A DNA stretch of 38,132 bases, taken from positions 1 to 38,132 of IMG/VR virus record IMGVR_UViG_3300027908_000014. The stretch is one strand, 5' to 3'. A program made the position numbers and the translations under genes. The notes below the pieces were generated by a model, which saw only the letters and a list, made by a program, of their open reading frames with translations, did not search any database and was not told the DNA's origin. Each line of letters begins with the position of its first letter. Position 1 is the stretch's first letter. The DNA is from a virus. Of this stretch, positions 26,735-33,686 are shown piece after piece.

Positions 26735-28504
26735 TCAGAGCCAGTCATCAATCTCACCCGCCAGAGCGTAGACCGGGAGGAGGTCACGGTCCATGCCCGC
26801 GCCGGGCAGGACTTCAACCGGCGTCCCGGCCCCGGCGAAGGTCAGGCGGGCGGCGTTGGGCGTCTGCTCCCCGCGCTGGTCCGTCCCCATCACCGCGTTC
26901 ATGTCCAGGCTGGACCACTCGGTCACGCACGTCATGACCGCGATCCCGAGCGACATCACGCAGTCGTCGTGCCCGCTGCGTCGCGCCGGGCCGAAGGTGC
27001 CGTCCCCGAGCGACGTGTACTGGGTCATCTCGTAGCGGGTGGTCGGGTGGTGGATGATGATGTCGTGGCGCTTGAGCACCCCCTGGAGGGTGGCGAGCAT
27101 CCACTGCTTCGTCTCATAGGTGGTGTTCCACCCGAGGACCGCACCCGAGCGCCGCACCTTGTCGGGCCGCCGGTCGGTCCAGATGTTGGTGTACCCCGCC
27201 TCGCGCCACACTTCGAGCACCCGGCGGCCACCACCTTGGATCTCGGTGTTGACCAGGGCGTTGTGGTACCAGTACGCCCCACCCAGTGCGATCTCGCCAA
27301 TAGTGGCGGGGTCGGCCGAGCCGTGCCAGACGGCCACCTGCTCCATCGTGGCCCGGTTGAGGACTTGGATACAGGCCGGATCGCCCTCGACCGTCTTGGT
27401 CGGGTCGACCACCACGGCATACTTCTGACGACCCCGCGGGTCAGGGGTCCGGTAGATGGTCCAGTGCCCGTTGGGGTTCTCGGTGAAGCGGACCTTGCCG
27501 TTGTCGTTGTAGAGGAGGCCGCGGTCGAACCCGACGTTGGGCTTGTAGCAGATCTCCAGGTCGATGAGGGGGAACACGTTCGAGCCCGTCGAGAGGAAGG
27601 CTTCCTCGGGCGTGCAGGGGTACTCCTCATGGAACCCGTCGATCCCCTTGGGCGAGGCGTTGATCTTGCGCCGCCGCCACGCCATCTTGGCCAGCACCCG
27701 GTCCGGGGCCACCCCCTCGTTGAGCAAGAAGGCCAGGACATCGCGCTCGTCGCCGTAGCGCCCCTCGTCCTCTAGCATCTCGTAGGTCAAGTGGTGGGCG
27801 GGGATCTCGTACTCGTCGTGGCAGAACCACGGGAAGAACATGGCGACGAACTCGCTCTCGCCCTCGGGGTCGGTCGCCGCCTGCCACTCGTCGTGGAAAT
27901 ACCCGCCGACGCCATCGGCGGTCGACTCATGGATCCAGATCGTGCCGTGGTCATAGGGGATGGCCTCGCCCAGCCCCGGGATGATGGTGTCGGCGGTGTC
28001 CCCCCAGCGCGACACTTCCGAGCAGTGGGCCGCCTGGATGGTCTTACCGCGCCCCACTTCGTCCTTGGTCGCCGTGGCCACGCGCACCGTCGACTCGATG
28101 GGGGCATTGAACACCAACTCCTCCTTGGTGTCGTACTTGGTGCTGAACAGGTCGTGGAACGGGCCGAGGGTCCAGTACCGCTTGGTCATCTCGAAGAGGT
28201 AGGAGGAGTCGTCCTTCTCCTTGGACAGCACCAGCGAGTACGACCCGGGGTGGATGAACGCCCACAGGAACAGGATGGCCTCGGTCACCGTCGAGATCCC
28301 GAGCTGGCGGCCCTTGAGGACGATGATCCGCACCGGCAGCCCGGCGTTGTACTGGCGCTCGACCTCGGCCACGAACGCGCGCTGAGCCCATGCGAAGGGA
28401 TCATCGCGCCGAAGCTTGATCCTCTTGGCTTGCTTGGTCTGGATGCTCAACTGTTCGAGCATCGGCCACAGTACAAGATTAGGCATCGTCCTCGTCCGCT
28501 CCAT
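26735..28504 (-). CDS. terL: Terminase large subunit (589 aa)
   Basis: Deviant Walker-A-like segment (VLKGRQLGISTVTEA), ATPase/nuclease-sized protein, and position before the portal. The start could be ATG 28486. Confidence 0.85.
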   Translation of the reverse strand: MERTRTMPNLVLWPMLEQLSIQTKQAKRIKLRRDDPFAWAQRAFVAEVERQYNAGLPVRIIVLKGRQLGISTVTEAILFLWAFIHPGSYSLVLSKEKDDSSYLFEMTKRYWTLGPFHDLFSTKYDTKEELVFNAPIESTVRVATATKDEVGRGKTIQAAHCSEVSRWGDTADTIIPGLGEAIPYDHGTIWIHESTADGVGGYFHDEWQAATDPEGESEFVAMFFPWFCHDEYEIPAHHLTYEMLEDEGRYGDERDVLAFLLNEGVAPDRVLAKMAWRRRKINASPKGIDGFHEEYPCTPEEAFLSTGSNVFPLIDLEICYKPNVGFDRGLLYNDNGKVRFTENPNGHWTIYRTPDPRGRQKYAVVVDPTKTVEGDPACIQVLNRATMEQVAVWHGSADPATIGEIALGGAYWYHNALVNTEIQGGGRRVLEVWREAGYTNIWTDRRPDKVRRSGAVLGWNTTYETKQWMLATLQGVLKRHDIIIHHPTTRYEMTQYTSLGDGTFGPARRSGHDDCVMSLGIAVMTCVTEWSSLDMNAVMGTDQRGEQTPNAARLTFAGAGTPVEVLPGAGMDRDLLPVYALAGEIDDWL

Positions 28505-28913
28505 CGCTGCGCGCCCCGACGCCGACTACGAACCGCCCCGGCGGGGTGGCCTTGCTCGGTGACTCTCGGATCCCCTTCATGTGGTCCATCAGATCATCAA
28601 TCGCCTCGCGTGTCCCCTCGGACGGACGCTTGCCCGCGGCAGCGATCTGGCGACCGAGCACCGCGCCGGCCACCCGGTTGGCGTCAGCCACCGAGCCGTG
28701 GTCGATGATCTGGCCGGCCCGCTTGAGGGTCCGCCACTGGAGGTGTTCGAGATACTCGGCCTGGTCCGCGGTGCCGTACTCGGCCACCAGCACCTCGCGC
28801 CGCATCTCCTTGCACAGGTCGGGGGGTAGGGAGAACACCTCGGACACGACCTCTGAGGGGACGCCGTGTTCGAGCGAGCGCCGCACCAGCGCCTCGTAGG
28901 CGGCGATGTCCAT
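28479..28913 (-). CDS. Candidate terminase small subunit (144 aa)
   Basis: Call is by position only: immediately upstream of TerL and overlapping it. Confidence 0.45.
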   Translation of the reverse strand: MDIAAYEALVRRSLEHGVPSEVVSEVFSLPPDLCKEMRREVLVAEYGTADQAEYLEHLQWRTLKRAGQIIDHGSVADANRVAGAVLGRQIAAAGKRPSEGTREAIDDLMDHMKGIRESPSKATPPGRFVVGVGARSDGADEDDA

Positions 28914-29119
28914 CAGTCCCAGCCCATCGTGACCTCGATGGTCACCGGCTCACCGCGCAGGTGGTGCAGGCCGAGCCCCATGTCGGCCGCTTCGCTCGGG
29001 ACGTGGAACACGACCGACACCGAGCCATTGGCTAGGCCCGATACCTTGAACAAGTGCGCCGGGATCTTGGTCTGGTCGGGATCCCCCTCGCCCGGTGGCC
29101 GGTTGACGGCAGCGATCAG
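28913..29119 (-). CDS. Hypothetical small protein (~68 aa); 5' end unresolved (CTG in a CTGA overlap, TTG ~29053, or a frameshift product)
   Basis: GC3 is 85-95% in this frame from 28913 to ~29100. There is no ATG/GTG/TTG in frame between ~29053 and 29596. C-terminus ...SVSVVFHVPSEAADMGLGLHHLRGEPVTIEVTMGWD. Confidence 0.45.
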   Translation of the reverse strand: MIAAVNRPPGEGDPDQTKIPAHLFKVSGLANGSVSVVFHVPSEAADMGLGLHHLRGEPVTIEVTMGWD

Positions 29120-29592
29120 GAGGTCATGGAACCTGGACCCTGTGGATCCGCTATCACCCTCAGCCGGGCGTTGCGCAGTTGACTCGACAAGACGTCGCGC
29201 TCCGTGTTCAATTGCCTCAGTTCTTCCGCCTCCGATTCCTCCCGCTCGAAGATCGCCTGGATCCCGGTCGGTAGCGGCATCTCCGTGTCGCTGTCGTAGT
29301 TCGGTGGCCGCAGCTGTTCGATCAGGAGCTGCTCGTCGGGCGGACCGCTCGTCGTCTGCTGGCGGCCCTGGAGGATCGAGAGGACCAGATCCTTCGTCTC
29401 CTTCTGGCTCTCCCGCTGCATCCTCTCCATCGTCGTCATCACCGTCGTCAGCACCGAAGCCAAGCTCTGCGAGTCCGACTGAGATGTGGCGGGTGGGGGG
29501 GGCGTGCTCGGCGTCGTAGTCGAAGTCATCGACGTAGGGCTCACGGACGGGGCCTCGTCTAACCACCGCCTCAGCCACGCTCTGAAAGTCAC
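29116..29592 (-). CDS. Hypothetical protein (158 aa; start uncertain)
   Basis: GC3 is 80-95% in this frame over 29161..29460, against 40-45% for the overlapping 227-aa track ORF. The second half is coiled-coil-like (MERMQRESQKETKDLVLSIL...EELRQLNTERDVLSSQLRNARL). Confidence 0.6.
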   Translation of the reverse strand: MTFRAWLRRWLDEAPSVSPTSMTSTTTPSTPPPPATSQSDSQSLASVLTTVMTTMERMQRESQKETKDLVLSILQGRQQTTSGPPDEQLLIEQLRPPNYDSDTEMPLPTGIQAIFEREESEAEELRQLNTERDVLSSQLRNARLRVIADPQGPGSMTS

Positions 29593-29609
29593 TCATTTAC
29601 ACCCCGCCT

Positions 29610-30071
29610 TTATTTGGCGAGCGCCTCCGACAGCGTTTCGCCAATGTGGACCGGGCCGCTACCAGTCGCGACCGAGCGCAACTGCCCCCGCCGAACCGGC
29701 TTCTTGGGCTTGGCCGCCTCGGCAGCCTTCTGCGCCTTCTCCACGGCGTCGAGATCCTTAGCCACCAGCTTGTCAGCGACCACCGACATGGTGCCCGCCT
29801 TGAAGGTCTGGAGCAGTTCCAACTCCCCCTTGTCAATGTCGACCAACTTGGGGGTGTGCGAGGTGACCACGACGCGCACAGCGATGGTCAGCACCTCCCC
29901 GATCTCGTAGATCCGCCCTTCGATCCCGCCCGTCGTCGGATCGAACCCGTCGTTGGAGTTGGCCAACTTGGTCTTAACCGAGGTGATCTTCTTACCCCGA
30001 TAGTCCCCGAGGTCGAGCATCGGCTGCTCTGCGGCTGCGGTCATTGCATCTTCTCCTTTGGTGGTGGTCAT
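29610..30071 (-). CDS. Hypothetical protein (153 aa)
   Basis: Track ORF. ATGA overlap with the upstream mini membrane ORF. Confidence 0.6.
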   Translation of the reverse strand: MTTTKGEDAMTAAAEQPMLDLGDYRGKKITSVKTKLANSNDGFDPTTGGIEGRIYEIGEVLTIAVRVVVTSHTPKLVDIDKGELELLQTFKAGTMSVVADKLVAKDLDAVEKAQKAAEAAKPKKPVRRGQLRSVATGSGPVHIGETLSEALAK

Positions 30072-30208
30072 CGGCTGAACTTCTTGAAGTCATCGCGCCA
30101 GTGTGACCCGTCGCTCTCGGGAGCGGAATGGTCACGGAACGCGAAGTACATGAAGGCCCAGTACGCCGCGCCGATGCCGCCGACCCACAGGATCCGTAGC
30201 CACATCAT
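30068..30208 (-). CDS. Mini membrane ORF (46 aa, MMWLRILWVGGIGAAYWAFMYFAF...)
   Basis: C-terminal part of track ORF 30068..30520. ATGA overlaps at both ends. Confidence 0.5.
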   Translation of the reverse strand: MMWLRILWVGGIGAAYWAFMYFAFRDHSAPESDGSHWRDDFKKFSR

Positions 30209-30420
30209 CTGCACAACTTCGCGAATCGCTTGGTCACGTTCTGGCGCGACGTGGCGGTGCCGCGGGCAATCAGATCCCAGGAGCACCCAGCCTCTCGGGC
30301 CTCGACCACTCGGGTGTCGAGCGCCTCCTTGCAGGAGTTGACCGCGGCCACAGCTTCGGCAATGTACGCGATCCACTCGTCGCCATTGCCGCTTTCGTCG
30401 GTGACCGCCACCGCTGTCAC
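30205..30420 (-). CDS. Helix-turn-helix DNA-binding protein (71 aa)
   Basis: HTH-like C-terminus (GCSWDLIARGTATSRQNVTKRFAKL). GTG start in a GTGA overlap with the stop of 30417..30818. Confidence 0.55.
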   Translation of the reverse strand: MTAVAVTDESGNGDEWIAYIAEAVAAVNSCKEALDTRVVEAREAGCSWDLIARGTATSRQNVTKRFAKLCR

Positions 30421-30818
30421 TTCGTCGGGCGCGAGATGGGGAGGACTTGGCCGCCGGGGGGCACGTGGCCCCGGACGCCGTTGCTTTGGATCCCTTGCAG
30501 GCGGGCCATGTTCTGCGCATGCTCGGCGGCGGCCCGCTGCTTTTCCCACTCCTTCTCCTGCTGGGTCAAGTCCTTCTCGATCTGGTCGAGCTGCTTGGCC
30601 CGCTGGCCCTCGAAGTCGAAGTCAGCGCGGTCGAGGATCCCGGCGTCGAGGGCGAGGTGCTTGAGGTAGGTGGTCGCCCGCAAGGAGTCGAAGGCACCTT
30701 CGAGCGTCACCTGGCCGTTGGTCCGCTCCTTGATGGCGAAGATGCGGGCCTCGTTGTCATCTTTGAGGATGGCGTGCGCGCCCTCGTCGCTCAGGTCGTC
30801 TCTATTAGAGATCATCAT
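30417..30818 (-). CDS. Hypothetical protein (133 aa)
   Basis: Track ORF with protein-like composition. Confidence 0.6.
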   Translation of the reverse strand: MMISNRDDLSDEGAHAILKDDNEARIFAIKERTNGQVTLEGAFDSLRATTYLKHLALDAGILDRADFDFEGQRAKQLDQIEKDLTQQEKEWEKQRAAAEHAQNMARLQGIQSNGVRGHVPPGGQVLPISRPTK

Positions 30819-31245
30819 CTTCGAATACCTCGGGCATCATGGCACGCATATCAGCGCGCATAGCGGTCGTTTCGGCAACCAACAATCTTTCGGATTCGTA
30901 GTCACGGTCAAGGTGAGTCCCACTCAAAGCGGTCAAACGCTGCGCCTCGTTTTCGGGCCAGGAGCACTCTCGCCCTACATGCTGCTCCCAGGCGGTGTAG
31001 AGAACCTGAGTCAAGTCAGAGCGAGAAACGATCATCGGATCGTGCACGCCACCAGCGATGGCTTCGGCAATCGGTTCACTGACTCCACGGTCAATGAACT
31101 CCAACACAGCATCGACGCATGGGGGGCACAGCGTTGGGTCAGTAGCCGATTTAGTTCGGATTGTTCCCCACAGAGTTTGCTCCTTGGCCAGGAGCACTTG
31201 CACCAATCCGCAGCGGTCGCATTTCCAATGAATATCAACTGCCAT
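30805..31245 (-). CDS. Hypothetical Zn-ribbon-like protein (146 aa), atypical codon usage
   Basis: CxxC...CxxC (WKCDRCG...LCPPCVD). GC3 is visibly lower (~50%) than in neighbours. It has its own promoter-like signal and an ATG at leaderless distance. Confidence 0.6.
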   Translation of the reverse strand: MAVDIHWKCDRCGLVQVLLAKEQTLWGTIRTKSATDPTLCPPCVDAVLEFIDRGVSEPIAEAIAGGVHDPMIVSRSDLTQVLYTAWEQHVGRECSWPENEAQRLTALSGTHLDRDYESERLLVAETTAMRADMRAMMPEVFEDDDL

Positions 31246-31251
31246 GCTGCA

Positions 31252-31280
31252 AGGTTACTTACCGCAACCTCGCTTGTCAA
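31252..31280 (-). promoter_or_regulatory. Candidate promoter for a leaderless transcript of 30805..31245 (-35 TTGACA, 17 bp, -10 TAACCT, 6 nt, ATG)
   Basis: Hexamers read on the minus strand in the 37-nt gap. A 6-bp hairpin (aaggtt/aacctt) overlaps the spacer and -10. Confidence 0.5.
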
Positions 31281-31284
31281 TCCT

Positions 31285-32016
31285 CTAGATCGTCGGCGGT
31301 GTCCCCGGGTCGACGCTCGGGCTGGCCGACGATACCGCAGTCGTCTCGTCAGGAGCGGGGGCGGCCAGTGATTCAGTGGTGAACGTGGGGGCATCCGTAG
31401 CACCGGACCCGGTGGCATAAAAACCGCCGATCGTCTGCCCGGGCGCGAAGACGATCGGCGTGGTGATCCTGTTTTCACCGGTCGGAAGCGGCGTGTCGTC
31501 CTCGACCGGTGGCACTACCCCGGCCTCGGGGTTGCGCGGCGGCAGCGATACCGGGGCCGTCTCAGGCGCAGAAGCCAGGACGGGGGGAACGACGACCGCT
31601 CCGCCCTTGGTGTGATCCCGCAGCTTGGCGACGGCGGCCTCGACCACGTTGATCCCGGTGCGCAACGAGTCCAGGGCCACGGTGATGCCGTCGAGCAGTG
31701 GCTTGAGCTCGGGGTCGATTGCCTCGCCGACCGAGGCGGCAGCAGAAGCGATGCCCGCCAACTCCCTGGTGTCGCTGGCCAGGCCGTCCCTCGGCAGCAC
31801 CATCCCGGCCACCTTCTCGACTTCTCGTTCCACGTCACCAATGAGGTTGGATTCCATGAGGCGCGACGATAGCAAGGCTTCGTGCTCGATGTGAAGGGCG
31901 TTTCGGAGAAACTTTCCTCGGGCGCGAAGCGACCCCCCAAACGGGGGGCCGTAATCGCTGATATGACTGAACACGCTCTCCAACGCACTGCCATCTTTGC
32001 AGGTTATGTTGCGCAT
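31285..32016 (-). CDS. Hypothetical protein (243 aa; start uncertain), first gene left of the control region
   Basis: Track ORF. ATG 32016 has no SD and sits inside a TTGACA hexamer. The C-terminal half is Pro/Thr/Ala-rich. Confidence 0.5.
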   Translation of the reverse strand: MRNITCKDGSALESVFSHISDYGPPFGGSLRARGKFLRNALHIEHEALLSSRLMESNLIGDVEREVEKVAGMVLPRDGLASDTRELAGIASAAASVGEAIDPELKPLLDGITVALDSLRTGINVVEAAVAKLRDHTKGGAVVVPPVLASAPETAPVSLPPRNPEAGVVPPVEDDTPLPTGENRITTPIVFAPGQTIGGFYATGSGATDAPTFTTESLAAPAPDETTAVSSASPSVDPGTPPTI

Positions 32017-32035
32017 GTCAAGCCAAGGGTACCAG

Positions 32036-32065
32036 TTGACATTTCGGCCTGGCGGCGCGCATCAT
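32036..32065 (+). promoter_or_regulatory. Candidate rightward promoter (-35 TTGACA, 18 bp, -10 CATCAT), back to back with a leftward TTGACA at 32016..32021
   Basis: Hexamers read directly. There is no credible ORF downstream for ~900 nt. Confidence 0.3.
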
Positions 32066-32071
32066 GACGTC

Positions 32072-32335
32072 GAGGGGCTGCGGTCCCGACAGAACACTTA
32101 TTTCTCCATTGCGAACCCGGGTAGCCAACGAGCCCCGGAGGCCGGGACCCCTGGACACAGGGTTTGCGATCGCGCACCTAAGACGTGGGGTGCGAGGGCT
32201 GAACCAACGTCGAATGTACCGACGACTGGTGCCTGACAGCGGTGATGATGCGGTCTGTGCAACTCGAAACGGACGAGGAGCATGGGGGGAAGTGTCTCTA
32301 GAAGCTAACGCTTGCGTTAGCGCTTGTCCTTTAGA
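32072..32335 (+). ncRNA. Candidate non-coding transcript (~250 nt) from the promoter-like signal to a hairpin plus U-rich tail
   Basis: No ORF with genome-typical GC3. Ends at stem GCUAACG-CUUG-CGUUAGC (32304..32321) followed by GCUUGUCCUUUAGAUU. Internal pairings include GGTCCCG/CGGGACC and CCCTG-GACA-CAGGG. Unverified. Confidence 0.25.
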
Positions 32336-32400
32336 TTCAAAGGCTGCTACCGCACAATCCGCTTCGCTAGGATTGCTTGGTGTCTAAAACATTGTTAGCG

Positions 32401-32428
32401 ATTTTTTAAAAGTTCACCGCTAAAAAAT
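32401..32428. other. AT-rich hairpin / possible DNA-unwinding element
   Basis: atttttta (32401..32408) pairs with taaaaaat (32421..32428), with a 12-nt loop. This is the most AT-rich spot in the window. A CATAAT -10 on the minus strand lies at 32430..32435. Confidence 0.35.
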
Positions 32429-32598
32429 GATTATGAGCGGGGGATAGCGTGTGTGGATACCTCCCCTTCTCTAGTCCAGCCGGTGGGCCAAACGGTCTGC
32501 ATCGTCCAATGATCGTGTATCGGGCTGTGTGCAAGGGTCGTACACAGGAACTGCCCGGCCCCCCTAGGCACGTGTGACGATCTCGGAGGGAGGGAGTG

Positions 32599-32616
32599 GG
32601 AGGAGGAGGAGGAGGA
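32599..32616 (+). repeat. (GGA)6 microsatellite within a 33-nt polypurine tract (32585..32617)
   Basis: Read directly: ggagggagggagtgggaggaggaggaggaggag. Confidence 0.9.
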
Positions 32617-32878
32617 GCAGCATGAGCAGCAGCGTGCAAGGATCGTGTACTGAACTGCAATGCATTACATGTAATACGTAACGAGTCATTGAGTGCGTGC
32701 AAGCTAGCTTCACCACCTGACCCTCCAGCCAGCCTGTGGATAGCTTGTGCAAGGGTCATGCACAACCAGCATCAGGGGAGGGGGCGGGGTCAGTAGACCT
32801 CGGTGGCCGTCCACAGGGCGACACCGGTTTGGCCTTTCATCGTCCAGCGATCTGGCCGCGCATGCTACGCAACAAAGG

Positions 32879-32908
32879 TTGACACTGTGGTGCAGGGTGT
32901 GCAAGGAT
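32879..32908 (+). promoter_or_regulatory. Candidate rightward promoter of the plus-strand operon (-35 TTGACA, 18 bp including TGc, -10 AAGGAT), overlapped by motif copy 32898-32916
   Basis: Perfect -35 at 32879..32884 and an extended -10-like TGcAAGGAT at 32900..32908. The first plus-strand ORF starts ~55 nt downstream. Confidence 0.4.
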
Positions 32909-32968
32909 CGTAGACAGCGGCCGACGAGTGATCGGCTGCAGACTTGAGGGAGAGTGGGGGTGAAGGGT

Positions 32969-33127
32969 ATGAGTGCGGAGCGGGATGCGTATCAGGCAAG
33001 TGTCGACTTCAACAGTCTGATGGACTCGTTGGACTACGACGGGAAGGTCGTTTGGGTCAAAGCGGACATTGCACGGATGGATGCCGAACTTGATAGCGAC
33101 CGGTGCACAGCACACAGCCACGACTAG
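32969..33127 (+). CDS. Small ORF (52 aa, MSAERDAYQASVDFNSLMDSLDYDGKVVWVKADIARMDAELDSDRCTAHSHD)
   Basis: Not in the track. A G-rich SD-like stretch precedes the ATG. GC3 is about 69% and the composition is protein-like. Confidence 0.45.
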   Translation: MSAERDAYQASVDFNSLMDSLDYDGKVVWVKADIARMDAELDSDRCTAHSHD

Positions 33128-33186
33128 TCGAAACGCCGTTAGGCGTCGTGGTCAACTAGGCCACCTGATGAGACTTGGGAGCAGAC

Positions 33187-33390
33187 ATGGACGCTAAGCA
33201 CAGAGCAGTCGTGACCTGTCAATACTGCCGCCAGCCGCTGGACGATTCCGATGGCGCTTCATGGCCGCATTGCCCGGCGTGCGATCTGATTATCCGTACC
33301 GCCGCCCTTCGCTTGATCGAGCTGGCCGACGATGACGACACTGGCACGCAGAGGTTGGCCATCGCCTTGGGCGAACTGCTGGTGCCATGA
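33187..33390 (+). CDS. Zn-ribbon protein (67 aa)
   Basis: CxxC...CxxC (CQYCRQ...HCPACD). GGGAGC lies 5 nt before ATG 33187. The track ORF starts at TTG 33175. Confidence 0.55.
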   Translation: MDAKHRAVVTCQYCRQPLDDSDGASWPHCPACDLIIRTAALRLIELADDDDTGTQRLAIALGELLVP

Positions 33391-33686
33391 GCTCAATCCT
33401 CTGCGCTCGGTGCGATGACGCACCACGTGTCCCCGGTGGCGTCTTTTGCCCACGCTGTGAGGCGGAGGTACGTCACGGTGGCGAATCGGTGGCACGGTTG
33501 GCCGTCCCTCCAGTTCTAGCCCCTCCTGCGAAGCCACAGGCCGTCTCCCGAGTGGGTCGACCACCCTCGGAGTGTTGGTTTTGCACTGGCGGCACGCCAC
33601 CGAGTGATCCACCACCACCGATGTGTGACGCCTGCGATGACCTCATGTGCGACTTCTTGGCGTGGCTGCGCGCCTTGCGGTCGTGA
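33387..33686 (+). CDS. Cys-rich (multiple CxxC) protein (99 aa)
   Basis: CARCDD...CPRCE and CWFC...CDACDDLMC. ATGA overlap with the upstream stop. Confidence 0.55.
   Translation: MSSILCARCDDAPRVPGGVFCPRCEAEVRHGGESVARLAVPPVLAPPAKPQAVSRVGRPPSECWFCTGGTPPSDPPPPMCDACDDLMCDFLAWLRALRS

Larger units (their letters stand above)
32503..32916 (+). repeat. Array of six same-orientation copies of a 19-bp motif (consensus yGTGCAAGGrTCGTrnACa): iterons or operator sites
   Basis: Copies are at 32503-21, 32528-46, 32633-51, 32696-714 (left half only), 32746-64 (within the perfect dyad TTGTGCA-N7-TGCACAA) and 32898-916. Read directly. Confidence 0.8.

Noticed and set aside
28806-28824. Minus-strand TGTGCAAGGAGATGCGGCG inside the TerS gene matches the left 10 nt of the 19-bp motif. 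There is a similar left-half match (CGTGCAATG) at ~33053..33070.
   Set aside because: The right half is not conserved, and a 9-10-nt match is near chance expectation for a window this size. It is worth including in a formal matrix scan only.
28913-29596. 227-aa track ORF treated as a single gene.
   Set aside because: Hand-counted GC3 is only 40-45% over 29161..29460 in this frame, against 80-95% in the overlapping frame. Only its 3' ~200 nt look coding. See the finding on the frame switch.
32060-32400. A tRNA or tmRNA-like gene in the non-coding region.
   Set aside because: I could not find a T-loop (GTTCRAnnC) or a cloverleaf-compatible arrangement by eye. A tRNAscan or Infernal run would be needed to be certain.
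32064-32765. ORFs inside the control region: 32064..32387 (+), 32406..32765 (-), 32098..32283 (-), 32564..32752 (-) and 32837..33121 (-).
   Set aside because: They have low or drifting GC3 and Arg/Pro/His-rich translations. They run across the repeat motifs, palindromes and the (GGA)n tract, and no SD is present.
32503-32916. The repeated 19-bp motif as a CRISPR array.
   Set aside because: The repeats are too short and too degenerate. Spacing is irregular (25-152 nt), there are no cas genes, and one copy lies 9 kb away in a promoter context.
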